Positions 24,316-36,383 of a stretch of DNA of 64,000 nucleotides are shown here, piece by piece. The notes beneath the pieces were generated by a model. That model was given only the letters and a program-made list of their open reading frames with translations, had not been told where the DNA came from and ran no database searches. The position numbers and the translations under genes are program-made. How positions within the stretch are numbered: the stretch's first letter is position 1; each line of letters begins with the position of its first letter. The stretch is from Felis catus (Eukaryota). The stretch covers positions 15,626,001 to 15,690,000 of the forward strand of contig NC_058369.1 in the NCBI RefSeq assembly GCF_018350175.1, given 5' to 3'.

Positions 24316-25789
24316 GGCAGAAGGAGGTGGTTGCTCTGTCTAGAAAAGACGTAATAATTATCTAAAGTGCCAATACCCACCGTGGACCCTGAGGCAGGTC
24401 TAAAGATGTGATTTTAGAATCTCAAAACATGTGGCAAGAATGTACAATGCCAGGAGGCAGAAAATATAAAACCGAAGGGACTGAGAAACAGACGGCGCTG
24501 GCTGTTTGGAGCCCGACCCAGGACACGCCTGCGAGACGGCACCCCCGGCAGAGCCCACGTTTCAGACCCCGCGCCCCCAGCCTCGCACCTGCCGCTTCAA
24601 GCCTCTGGACCGTGTCAGCAGCCGCAGCCAGGCCGGAAGACCTTTACTGAGTGAGCAGGGCAGCTGTCCTGGGGGACCCTGGGGGGGGAGGGGGGCCTTA
24701 TCAACCCCGCCCACTTCTCTCTATCTGTTCTCTCCTTGGGGGGCGGGGCCCAACTCCGATAACAGATCACTGATTTTAGTTACAAAGCGAGATAAGCGCA
24801 GGTCAAAGGGTTCAAAGGTTTTGTTGAATACAACAGCTGTTTTACAAGGAAGGAAAATCCCACACCCGTCTCTGATGGGAATAGGGATGCACACCCCCCA
24901 AATAAGATGTCGACTAATAGGAACCAGTAAGATATGAAAGGATAGTGCCTTGTGACCGCTGCGGGCCGGGCCCCTCGGGAAGCAGACTGAGACAGAGGTC
25001 GGTGTGCAGGACCCCAGTTGGGGAGGGTCCCGGGCAGGCCCGGTGGAAAGGCTCTTGACCCAGGGAGGGGTGTTCTGAAGGGGGCGGGAGGGCCGGGCCT
25101 TTATGCTTTTGCACTGACCACTGTCGGATGCTGTCGCCCTGTCGGGCGTGTAAACCCAGGCCACGTGGTTCCCTTTAGTTGGGCAATTTGCAAAGGGCGG
25201 ACAGCTGAGGACCAGTGACATTGTCAGCAGCTGGGGTCATGGTCCTTTCTTTATCCTGAAGGGGATTACAAAGCACGCAGCAGCAGCCAAGGTGGGGCTG
25301 AGTCAGAGAGTGAAGATACAATTTAGATTCAGGCAGTGTAGACAGTGAAAGGAAGAGGGCAACGCAAAGGTGCCGGCTCCCTGGGTCCTTCTCCCTCGGG
25401 TCTGAAGGGGCAGGATGGCCGCCACACGAGCTGGGGGACGCCGCGTTGCTAGACTGAGTTCATCTTGTGGGTCTATCGTGAGCTCATCCGAACCCTCCCA
25501 GGGGAGGTGGGCAGGCGAGGGGGAGGTGGCTTTAGAGTAGTTCCTCACTAGCCTCGCACCCCCTCTCCCCTCATCAACTGGGAGAATCGAAAGACGTCCT
25601 GCTAGGACTCAGATGAGCTGTGGTTCAAACTTGCCCGAGGGGCTGCTGTGCCAGTGTGCCTACCGCACCCATCACAGTGACCAGGTGACATGGTTGCAGG
25701 ACTCTGAGGACAGCTGAACACCAGAAAATTAAGTGCTGTACTTTGCAGTATTAACAGAAGAGAGAGAGAGGGAGAGGGAGAGAGAGAGA

Positions 25790-26070
25790 GAAAGTCCATC
25801 ACCTCAATAGATGCAGAAAAGACATCTGGCCAACTTCAATACCCATTTGTAATTTGTATCAATGCTCTTAGCAAACTGGGAATAGAAAAGAATGTCTCTA
25901 ATCTAGTACGGAATATTGCAAACGTTCTTATTCATGAAGTTATTTAGAGTGTTGCCCCGGAGGCGGGGAACGAGGCAAGCATGGCCTCTGTTGCCTTCTA
26001 TTCAACATTGTACTAGAGGTCCCGGCCAGTGCAATAAGGCAAGAGAAATAAATAAAAGACATAATTTCCT
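25790..26070 (+). mobile_element. L1 ORF2 (RT region) fragment
   Basis: atcacctcaatagatgcagaaaag (ISIDAEK-like) and ctattcaacattgtactagaggtcc (LFNIVLEV). Confidence 0.85.
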
Positions 26071-26479
26071 ACTTATCCAGGCCTAACAAGGACGGGAATT
26101 ATGCTCTGTATGAAAGATTTTTCTCGTGGCTGAGTTTTCAACAAGTTTGGTCACCGGTATGGGGGAAGTTTTGGTATTAGAAAACTTATAGGTAACATCT
26201 AATATCTTGAACAGTCTACCCAAGGGTTTCCATGGCTTAAGCAATGCTTGTGCAGAAAGTGGAGGTTCAGTCTCACAAACATTGGGATTGAGCTCGTATA
26301 AGGGGCCCTCACGCTTGAGTCCCAATGGGGAGGTCTGGTCTGGTGCTCAGTCTGGGGATATCCTTTCTCTCAAGAGCTGTTACTATTTAAAGGCAGCTGT
26401 GGCCCGGCCACGTGAGCGCACTGGGCTGAAGAGGCCGAGCAGGGTGTGAGTTTGCCCTCTGATAAGGAAGGACTGACAG

Positions 26480-27870
26480 CATAGAACATCCATGGCGTCT
26501 ACCCTTCGGTCTCCTCAGTTCATCGTGGAACCACATGCTGTCAATGCCCCACACACATCCACTTCTCCTCGCCAGGAGGTGACTGGCGGAAGGTTCTTCG
26601 TGTCTCTTCACCTGGAGGCCTTTCTTGGACACCGGAGCCTGCTCAACCCAGGCACGAGAAGTGCCGGGAGTCGATGCCCCGGGAACAAGGCGCAGCCCGA
26701 GAAGCAGGGAGCTGGTGGGTGACGCCCTGACCCCCCACTCCGGAGAGGGATGGGGCTTGGCGGAGCACCGTGGCACCCTGCACGTGAGCACGCCCTTTCC
26801 CGCCTCGTGCCCCCGCGCCCTCACCGTGCTTCCTGGGGTCCCCTCCCAAGTGAGTTGCCTGAACCAAAACTCTTGTCTTAGGGAAAGCCAACTACTGGAC
26901 CTGGATGCCAGCCGGAGGACAACGGGATCCCAGGGCTGACGTTGAGTGCGGTGGTAAGACTCCAGCACGCTGCTGGGCCAGTCACCTAACTCCAACCGGG
27001 GCAGGACTAGGGTGAGGAACACAGCAGCAGGCTCTGGTCGACCAACTGCCACCACTGGAGGTGCCGTGACAATGAGGATGCCCTATGGCACATGCAGAAG
27101 AACAGGCCGAGAGTCAGGCCAAGGTGGGATCCCGGGTGGCATGATCCGGAAGTGGACCATATTCAGAGGCCTGGAAAGTCCCCTTGGCTCGAGCCACGCC
27201 CTGATTAGGAAGGAAGGGGACTCTGGATGGGACATGGGCCCGTCTGGGCGGATGCCCTCAGGAGCCTTGACACCCCAGGCCCCCCTGAATGCTTGGGTCT
27301 TAGCAAGTGGCTCATGGCCGTCGTAGAGGGCAGCTCCCTGACCTGGAAATCGTTTGGAGGCCTCTCTCGAAGAGAAGAGCGGCCATTTAACCTCTGTCCC
27401 CCCAAGATCTGCTGTCACTTGCACTCAGTGCTCCTCGATCAGACCACAGGGGCGAGTATCAGCATGGCCTGTGGAGAGAATTACTGTCCTGCTTGGAAAG
27501 AAAGTGAATCATTCCCCCAAAGCGCTGAAGCAGCTGGCTAGTGCGGACTGCCAGGGGCCGGAAGGGCATGTACGGGCACGGAACTCGAGGATGCGGGCCC
27601 AGTGGGCGATGGAACAGAAGCCGGCTAAGGAGAGCTATTGACAGAGGGCTTCTCCTCTGGGACTCGGTGTTCGGCACCTGGGCAAGGACCCGTGAATCTA
27701 GTCCTAAGGCACTGCTGAGTGGTTCCTGGGAGGCTGGAGACCGTGGCGCACTGAAGTGGGACACGAAGGCTTGGAGGGAAGGCCTCTCCCTCCTGGTACG
27801 GATAGCAGGTGGGCGAGCCCCCCTCCTGGAACAGCGAGGGCGGCAACATTAGTCCTGGCGAGGAGCTGGG
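26480..27870 (+). mobile_element. Ancient ERVL remnant: LTR16-like LTR end plus degenerate gag-like internal sequence (ERV3-16A3-like)
   Basis: cctcaccgtgcttcctggggtcccctcccaagtgagttgcctgaaccaaaactcttgtctta resembles the LTR16 3' end; gggacatgggcccgtctgggcggatgccct resembles the ERVL gag WDGDIW region. Family names from recall. Confidence 0.5.
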
Positions 27871-27944
27871 CGGGCCGCTGTCCTCTGCTGGCCAGAGCAC
27901 GCAGGGGACACTGCTTACACCGGCTTCCCAGGACTTCTGATTCA

Positions 27945-28038
27945 CACACAGCCTGACGTGGGGCTCGAACCCATGAACCGCAAGATCAAGACCTGAGCCG
28001 AAGTCGGACGCTTAACCGACTGAGCCACCTGGGCACCC
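27945..28038 (-). mobile_element. SINEC 5' half only
   Basis: ggggctcgaacccatgaaccgcaagatcaagacctgagccgaag...gagccacctgggcaccc; tail missing. Confidence 0.85.
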
Positions 28039-28057
28039 TCTTATCGTCTTTTACTTT

Positions 28058-28109
28058 TTTTTTTTTAAATATAATTTATTGTCAAATTGGTTTCCATACA
28101 ACACCCAGC
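28058..28109 (-). mobile_element. Ultra-short L1 3' terminus insertion
   Basis: Reverse complement ctgggtgttgtatggaaaccaatttgacaataaatt...A tail matches the L1 end at 19944-19990; TSD tat(c/t)gtcttttacttt. Confidence 0.88.
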
Positions 28110-29214
28110 TATTGTCTTTTACTTTCAAAAGACTTGCTTACATGAGAGGAATTAGGCCTTGAACTTCTGATGGAAAAGCTTTAGAATATAAGCATTTCTA
28201 CATCAGCGAAAGAATCATTAGTGTCCAATGTGTGCATGCCATTTAAAAATGTAAGCATCTCTACGGATTGTTTCAGTTCATAAGAATAGACATAACGAAT
28301 AGCAAAGTTTTTTTATCAAATAGCATTACTCACTCTAGACTCAGAATGTACTGCATACTGAGAAAAAACAAGCCCTTAAATGTTGAACAGCAGAAATTAG
28401 TAACAAAACCCCTTTATGCTTCTTCTGTCATCAAAAGGTCTGAGCCATAATTGAGCAGGAGCCTTGAATTTTTAGGCTGAGCCAAAGCTGCGTCCTGACA
28501 GCCAGGAATGCACCATCTAGACAGCTCAGCACAATCGAAAGTTCAGTCAAGGCTCGAGCCAACATTCTTAGGAACCCAGAGTATATAGACCAAAGAGGCT
28601 TGCTTTCTTGGTCAAATGAGGGAAATCTCAAAACTAGGTAAATGCGCGAAAAATAAACGTTTAACACTTCATTTTGCTAAAGGCCGGAGTTAAACAGACA
28701 TGCGAAAACAGACATGTGGAAGGGTCGTCATGTTGGTTTATGTCAAAGAATGTCGTATTTATCTATCTGCACGTGGGACAGTTAGGTTTTAAGGTGTCAA
28801 GGTTTCGGCAATGTTTTTGACTTTATTATTGATCTGGAACACACTACACAGAATATTTCAAAGTCGCTACCGAAAACCAAGTTGAAGTCTTACTTAGCGA
28901 TACAGGATTCTCAACACCTCTTCCTTCCCTGTGGGCATCAAATTAAGGAAGATGCAGGGAGAACATGATTAAATGCCTTCTGACCAATAGACTAGCGAGT
29001 TCTGTTTCCAAATATCCCGGTTCTTAAGTAACGGAATAGATTTTCGGAAAGAGTATCAATTCTGGGCTAAAGAAATATGTGGGGACACTGGAATCCTCAC
29101 GGAAAGCTCTAGAAGGAACAGAGATTGAGTGACATCCATGGTGAGAGGTAGGTGCGGAAGGAATGCTCTATGGAGGCTGGCCTGTCGGATTTGTCCCTCC
29201 CTTCTCTCACTCGT

Positions 29215-29457
29215 TTTTGTTTTTTTGTTTTTTTTTTTGTTTTTTTTTTTTTTTTACATTTACTTCTTTTTGAGAGACAGAGAGACAGAGCATGAGCAGC
29301 GGAGGGGCAGAGAGAGAGGGAGACACAGAATCCGAAGCAGGCTCCAGGCCCCGAGCTGTCAGCACAGAGCCCGATGTGGGGCTCAAACTCACGAACTATG
29401 AGATCATGACTTGAGCTGATGTTGGATGCTCAACTGACTGAGCCCCCCAGGCGCCCC
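29215..29457 (-). mobile_element. SINEC_Fc downstream of LZTFL1 stop
   Basis: Reverse SINEC with long T tail. Confidence 0.93.
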
Positions 29458-29747
29458 AGTGAGCCCAGATACTTTAACTGGGCGGCACAGGATGGATCTG
29501 ACTGCTCCGTCAGTAACCCAGTAATCCAATGGTAAATTGGGTTGCAAAAAATGTCTGCCCTCCTCTGATAAACACAGCGTTTAGCTAGAGAGACGGAAGT
29601 TAATCGAATCCTCATGTTTGCTGTTCATTTTCCTTTTAACTGGTAAAAATACTGCCTATAAAAGTTGATGGTCACATTTTCAGGGCATTTGTATCTTTTT
29701 CTTTTATGATGAAACAGAGAAAATGAATTAGATTTTGAAAAATAAGG

Positions 29748-29785
29748 TTTATTTGTAGTAACTATCTTTAATAACTGTTTTTATT
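29748..29785 (-). terminator. Candidate proximal polyadenylation signals of LZTFL1
   Basis: Minus-strand AATAAA at 29780-29785 and 29748-29753 and ATTAAA at 29767-29772, 355-390 nt past the stop, followed by U-rich sequence. Confidence 0.55.
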
Positions 29786-30139
29786 TTTAACATTTACTGA
29801 AATGGTATATGCTTTGTGCTAGTGCGGAAGGAGAAGACTCTTCTTCCCGCTCTAAAATCTCTTCTTTACCACAAAGAGTTCTCACTGCATCGGAACGGAG
29901 GCCCTGGAATGCTCGCAGAGGGGTCTGGGCCGGCCGGCTGGGATCAGGCAGCAGGCTCCCCTCTGCTCAATCAGGTAGCTGCGATAGGGAGTCTAGTTCT
30001 AAATAGTAGAAGCAAAGTCTATATATTAGAAAAATAAAGAGAGGGAATATAACAAAGTGCTTCAAAATACGTGTCTGAGGTGAGAAACAGCTTGTACTTT
30101 TATGCTGTGGCAGCTTCCAGAAGAAATCTTCTTTGGGTT

Positions 30140-30158
30140 TTAATCTTCGGGTTCGTAT
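30140..30158 (-). CDS. LZTFL1: LZTFL1 exon 10 coding part
   Basis: ttccag|A TAC GAA CCC GAA GAT TAA = (K)YEPED*; exon lengths sum to 897 nt with the frame kept throughout. Confidence 0.95.
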
Positions 30159-31180
30159 CTGGAAAGAGATAAGAAAATTCAGGGAAGACCATAACGTCAT
30201 GATACTTTTTGTCGTTGTCGTTACCAAATGAGTTTACGCGAAACGTCTCTGGTGACCAAACCAGCAACGTTGCGTTTTTCACTCGAAGTCACTGCCCCGG
30301 TGGGAGCCGGGCCCGGTCAAGGCAGTGTGACGGTGACGCGGAGGCGGCTCTGGCAGCAGGTGGGAGAAAGGGGCAACCGAGCGTGAAGACGCTTCTGGAC
30401 TCTAAGTCTCTACAGCTGGCGCTTAGACCCACGGCAGCTTAGCACAGCAGAAACTCAGTAACCACCCGAACCGTCAGATGGACGCAGGGTGCTGATGCGA
30501 CCACGCGAGAAGGTTAACCAACCCCCTTCTCTAAAGAACTAGATCTTGGATTTACTTCCCAGCTCTGTCCCCCTGGAATCCAGGTAACATGTCAGCTGAG
30601 TTTCCGGGTGAACCCGCTGAGGACAGAGATGAGCCTGAAGAGCAGACCACGTCCGGACCGGGACGGCTGTGGGTGCGCCGTGACCGCGTGGCGGGGGCCA
30701 CGGCTGCAGGCGTCCCCCCACGTGGTGAGCTCCCGGAACCGGACACGGCCCTCCCTGGGTGTCGCGCGGAACATGAACTCCTAGGCCACGCCGGCTACGG
30801 CGCCCATCTGCAGGGACCGCGTTCTCTGGCACCTCAACTGTCACGGAGGGCACAGCGTGGCCGGGTCTTAGGCTCCTGTGAGAACACTCCTGAGGAGAAA
30901 CGCCAAGGCCGCCCGTAAGCTGGCTGGGTTTCCTTTCTGATATCCTGCTTAAATGACCGTTGCCAAGAGCGGCCTATCGCAGCCGTGTGTCTGAAGTTCC
31001 AGCCCTGGCGGGCAGTACGGACAACGCTTTCCTCAGACTCAGGCTTCTGGACTAAATGATAGAGCAGCTAACTACCCACTGGCCTGACCTCTCCGGACAC
31101 GGGCGGAGATTTCACGGAGAACAAACACCAACCCGGCAGTGATGCAAACCCGAGAGCCGCGCGGGATCAGCAAGGCTTAC

Positions 31181-31284
31181 TTGGCCAGTCTTCTCCTCAG
31201 GTCTTTGATTTGGTCATTCTTCCTGGTGAGAATCTCTTTCATGTTTCGATAAGCTGCTGTCTGTTGGAATTTCTTGTCTAATTC
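31181..31284 (-). CDS. LZTFL1: LZTFL1 exon 9
   Basis: gcacag|GAA...AA|gtaagc; 104 nt; ELDKKFQQTAAYRNMKEILTRKNDQIKDLRRRLA(K). Confidence 0.96.
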
Positions 31285-31760
31285 CTGTGCGGTGAAAAAG
31301 GTCAGCCCGTTACTGAGAACCGGCGAAGGAGAGAAAGAACCACCTGATAAAAACGTATATTTTGGCTTTATTTTTACTAATATTCTGCTTATGTTATTTT
31401 CTAATTTCTTTTTAAAATTTCCTTACGTAACATTAAGATTGTTCGAACTTAAAAATACATTCCGTCAAATGAGAAGTCAAAGAGCAACACTGTCAACCCG
31501 TAACCGTGTACAATGTTAGCGCAGGACTGAAGCGCACTGTGCCCTAGACGTGGGACGTCTGTTTGAGACAGTAAACTCATTCTCAGGTGAAATAAGCATG
31601 AGCTTTTCCCCAAACCCCCAAGTAGTGTCAGTATCCTGGGAGGAAGATTTTTCACTCAGTTACATTTTAGCCCCTGTATGCTTAAGAGTCTCATCCCTAA
31701 ACTGAAGAACACAGTTTTCTACGCATTTCATATAAGTTAAGAGCAAGGCATAGTATCCTT

Positions 31761-31983
31761 TAAAGTTTGTTTGTTTGTTTGTTTTTGGAGAGAGAGGGAG
31801 AGAGAGAGAGAGAGAGAGACAGAGCGAGCAAGGGAGGGGCAGAGAGGAGAGAGAGAATCCCAAGCAGGCTCTGCACTGTCAGCACGGAGCCTGATGCGGG
31901 GCTCGAACTCACAAACCGTGAGATCGTGACCTGAGCCGAATCCGAGAGTCAGACGCTTCACCAACTGAGCCCCCAGGTGCCCC
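31761..31983 (-). mobile_element. SINEC (LZTFL1 intron 8)
   Basis: TSD aggcatag(t/a)atcctttaaag. Confidence 0.93.
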
Positions 31984-32309
31984 GAGGCATAGAATCCTTT
32001 AAAGAGAAGTCACCTATCCCTCTGCCAGGCAACGCGGGGATGGGCATCGCAGGGCACAGGGCAGCACACGTAAGCCGTCCGTGCAGGAGTATTTTACCAA
32101 ACCAGAGGAAGGAGTGGAGATTTTTTTATTTCCACAGATAGTTTAGTGCCAAAGACAGAAGGCTCTCTCAATGCCCAGAAATGATTGATCTCTAACACGC
32201 ACTGGCTGACACCTTGAGAAAAAACAAGGTAAATCCGCAGCTGTCCTCCAGCATCTCCCTCAGCTCCCCCTCCTCCCCACGTGGGCAGACACACGCGGAC
32301 AAGTCTGAC

Positions 32310-32486
32310 CTTTTCAGCCATGCTCAGCTGCTCCTGGACCCTGAGTAGGTCGTGCTTGGCTGTTGCGAGATTCTCCTCCAGGGACTTTTGGTTTTCTGTC
32401 TTGTCGTTAAGTGTCTTCTGAAACTCACTCTTTAAAGCAGCAACTGTGTTTTCCAGGTCGTTCAAGTCTTGGGCCTTTATAAAATC
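32310..32486 (-). CDS. LZTFL1: LZTFL1 exon 8
   Basis: ccgtag|GAT...AAG|gtcaga; 177 nt; DFIKAQDLNDLENTVAALKSEFQKTLNDKTENQKSLEENLATAKHDLLRVQEQLSMAEK. Confidence 0.96.
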
Positions 32487-33439
32487 CTACGGAAAACACA
32501 TGCACTGACATAATTTCACGCTGACATCCGAACCGGCAACTGTTCTACGACAGTCATTCAACCTCGTGACATGAGAGCAAATGTTTTGGGCATGCACGTC
32601 GGCCTCCCCGGCCGGCCTGGGTAAGCTCCAGATCCCTGAGGGTCGCCGGCGCGCCCAGTCACCCTCGGCCCTAGAGCACGCTGTCCTGCACACGGCAGAC
32701 GCTCAGTGGCCGCCGATCTCCAAATGCGCGAATTGTCATGTATGCGTTGCTGGAACTCCACAGAGGGACAGGAGAGAGGTGAGATCTCAAATCTGACAAG
32801 GTTGTGTGCGCCCCGGGGTAGGGAGGGCGGACGGGTTTCCGTTTTGAACAGTCAACTTAGAAAACATCCTGAAGAAATGTTGAGTAACACAGATGGTAAA
32901 ATAATCAACTTAATACGAAAACTTTCTATCAAAAATTTAATAGACGTAGGTCTTAGTCATTATTTACATTAAAATATCATGAGAGCTTAATTAATGCTTA
33001 CTGGTTATATGGTTTGCTAAATTTAGAAGATCTTAAGTTTTTGTTTTTTAAAGCAATATGGATCTTGTTTTTGACTGGATAAACTTATAACGGAAAAAGC
33101 TGTATTACTAGGCCAGGAAAATGGTCGATAATTGCTAAATACGAAGACGGAACAGAACTACCAACGACAAACTCCTCACTCACGTTTGAAGTCTGGTCCT
33201 TACGAAGGTTTTATTTCTGCACAGCTAGTGAAAGCGTGCACATATTTTCTTTTGCCCAGATCTTAAAAGTAATTTTAAGAGAAATTCTTCATCCAAAAAT
33301 GTTTGCAATTGTTTTGAGAAATTATGAAGCTGCTCTGGAGTGTTTAGCTCTGTTTTCTAAATCTACAGTCCTTGATACAGGATTGAAAATCATAGATCTC
33401 TCCTTTGTTATTTTTGTAGCCATCTAAGAATTATCCTAT

Positions 33440-33658
33440 TTTATTTTTACTTATTATTTTTTTTATCATTTTGTAAGTGTTTATTTTTGAGAGAGACAGA
33501 GCACGAGGGGCGGGGAGGGGCAGAGACACAGAATCCGAAGCAGGCTCCAGGCTCCGAGCTGTCAGCACACAGCCCCACCAGGGGCTCGAACTCATGAATC
33601 ATGAGATCTTGACCTGAGCCGAAATCGGATGCTTAACCGACTGCCACCCAGGTGCCCC
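33440..33658 (-). mobile_element. SINEC (intron 7)
   Basis: TSD agaattatcctatttta. Confidence 0.93.
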
Positions 33659-34757
33659 AGAATTATCCTATTTTAAAGACGTCTCCAGATGAAATGACGT
33701 CATGGCTGAGATTTGCCTCAAAGAAACGTGAAGGGAGGGGCGACGGGGAGGAAGCGGGAAGGCAGCCTGGCCAACCCCAGGGGACCGGGAAGCCGAGTGA
33801 CGGGCACCGGGGTGCATGACACCGTACCCTCTACTTCTGTATGAGTTCGAAGTTTTCCATAAGGAAACCATAGAAGTGCAATGAAGCAAGTCGGGGACTG
33901 TTTGGCGGACATCAGCAATGACGGTACAACCACTGGAAAAGCCGGGGCTACGCTGAAAACTCCCTCCAGCGGCCCCGCTGACCGGAAGTCTGTGGCAGCG
34001 TCTAGCGTCCACGGCAAGGCCACCTGTGCACGCGAGAACCTCCCGCGGGCAGAGCCATCCTCGGTCACGCCCCTCGGACGGGCCTGGAGAGCCACCACCG
34101 GATTTGGGTGCGTTACACGAGTGCCACCAGACGGAGGCGGGTTTGAAGACGCAGACCGAGTAAATTCACCCTATTCTGTCACACTCGCCAAAGGCCGACT
34201 TAATCAGAAGTTCTATATAATAACGCCAAATACCAATCCAGTGAACTAAAAACCCCTCCTTTTGTCATTTCCTTTCCCCCCATTGTAGTTGGAAGGTCAA
34301 GGTAAAAGGGAGAAGAGCTAAAAAAAACCCCAAAAACTTGAGAATATCTTGTATGCTGGCGGGCTCTGGGGACTGTGAGCCGGGTGAGCGGCGGGCCTGT
34401 CCCTTCGGCCCTCTCCCGGCCTTCCCTGGACAGGGATGTCCCCCTGCAGGACCGTGGTGGCATCCCTCTCAGGGAGTGGCAGAGGAGGGGAGAACGAACA
34501 GTAACTAAGGCTTCGCGTTAAGGTTGTACTTTTAGTCTATTTATTCTACTAGAAAACCACGACAAAGATAGCTAAACTTATTCCGCCTCTTCAAAAAATG
34601 GAAGGGTAACTGACGTGTAATATCCTATCAGCCTCAGGCAGACATCGTATTGATCCGAGATTTCTGTACCGCTCAAAGTGATCCTCGTGATAAGCGTGGT
34701 TACCAACTGTCACAAGATCATTACGGTGTCATCGACTGCGTTTCAAACGTCTTTCAC

Positions 34758-34835
34758 CTTTTGATTTCCTTGGTCAAGCTGTAAGTCCTGCAGTGCTTTT
34801 TCCAGTTTTGACTTCTCATCTAATGCCTGTGTTGC
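34758..34835 (-). CDS. LZTFL1: LZTFL1 exon 7
   Basis: ttacag|GCA...AAG|gtgaaa; 78 nt; ATQALDEKSKLEKALQDLQLDQGNQK; follows an 86-nt intron. Confidence 0.95.
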
Positions 34836-34921
34836 CTGTAATCAGATTTAAACAAAACACCCTCAGTATTTATTCTGTAAGCAGCTCTTTCAAGAATTTT
34901 GGTGAAGTATTTCTCGGTTAC

Positions 34922-34987
34922 CTGTATTTCAATGGTCTTCAGCCTCGACTTCAATTTCTCATTCTCTTCTTGAAGTCGTTCAATTTC
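34922..34987 (-). CDS. LZTFL1: LZTFL1 exon 6
   Basis: acaaag|GAA...CAG|gtaacc; 66 nt; EIERLQEENEKLKSRLKTIEIQ. Confidence 0.93.
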
Positions 34988-35334
34988 CTTTGTGAGTAAA
35001 TTCAAGGTTTATTATTTTAGCTACGGTCTTTTCAATACTTGAAGTTGTTTCGCTTCAAAGTTCAATTTCAAAACTAAATTTAATTATTTGTCAGCTCAAA
35101 CATCTGCGTGCCCTGGTTCCTGGTGACATCCAGTCCCACCCAACCCATTGGCCTCCACAGCTGTGTGTCACTTGCGGTCTCTAAGCCTCTTTCACAGTCT
35201 CTCAGGCTCCCTTCAGGCCTCCGTTCTCAGCCTTCTTCCAAAGTCTCCCTCTCCTGCCATCTCTCACCTAGCTGATCCTGCAACTCTTGGGGCTTTTCAC
35301 GGCCAACACCTGCACTTATCCTAGAAACACAGCC

Positions 35335-35551
35335 TTTTTTTTTTCTTTTAAAGTTTTAAAATTTTATTTATTTTGAGAGAGAGAGGGAGGGGAGGAGCAG
35401 AGAGAGAGGGAGAGAGAATCCCAAGCAGGCTCCACACTGTCAGCAGAGAGCCTGATGCGGGGTCAATCTCACAAACGGTAAGATCATGACCTGAGCCGAA
35501 ATCAAGAGTCGGACGCTTAACCGACTGAGCCCCCCCCCCCCAGACACCCCC
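35335..35551 (-). mobile_element. SINEC (intron 5)
   Basis: Reverse SINEC; TSD-like aaacacag. Confidence 0.9.
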
Positions 35552-36383
35552 TAAAAACACAGTCTTTATCAGTGCAACGCTCTACACCCAAGCCGCTAGG
35601 CGCTTCTGACTGAACTTGGCCAGAGGCCTTGGCTCCAAGCAGCTCCACCCGAGGGTCGGCAGGGAGGCCAGTCCCTACGCTCAACACACGCATCGGGCCC
35701 GAGAGCACCGCACTCCGTGCCTAATCACGCCGGCTCCCCTTCCGGCCCTCACTGCTGCCCACGCCCCCTTTTCTTCCTACAGACAATTTAATCTGCCTTT
35801 AACCTTCAGCCCAGCTCAGGAACCACCTTCCCCCAAATCTGTCCTCAACCACTTGGATCCGGAACTGCCTTCTCTGCCACCCTGAGGCACAGACGTTAGC
35901 ATGCTCCTATCTGTTTCTAGACTGTTAATTCTCCCTTCTCAATGAGACCACAAGGTTTTGGAGGGAGACTAGGGACTACACTGCTTTTTATCTAACAGCA
36001 TCCAGCATAATGTTGGGAACACAGGAGCCATGAAAATTGTTCGTAGATTAGTAATTAATTTTTATTAACCTTCCTAATAAAAAAATCCCACCGTTGTTAT
36101 TGCAGACTGTAAACTTCAAATGTCTGTCAATAAACACTGTCCAAAACGCCATGCCCTTCGCTTCGCCATCAAAAGACACAATTAAGAGCTGCTTCAGACT
36201 TTCTGGAAGGTGAGTGCCCTCTCCTGGCCCACTGGAACCACAAAATAAAGTGACTACAGCGGACTGATTATCCTCCATGGACCCGAGCCCCAGTCAAACC
36301 CCCCTCCCTCAGGGTCTCCCCCTTACAGTTGTGCAGGCACCGAATGAGAGGGTTTGCCTTTCTCCAAGCGAGGGCAGCGTTAC

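Noticed and set aside
26387..27055. 222-aa minus-strand ORF
   Set aside because: Lies antisense over a degenerate GC-rich LTR/ERVL remnant; no protein similarity I recognise.
34988..36383. Possible U12-type intron 5 (CCTTGAA near an acceptor lacking a pyrimidine tract)
   Set aside because: The donor is GTAACG, not the U12 consensus GTATCCTT; the intron 2 donor GTATCA also does not fit.
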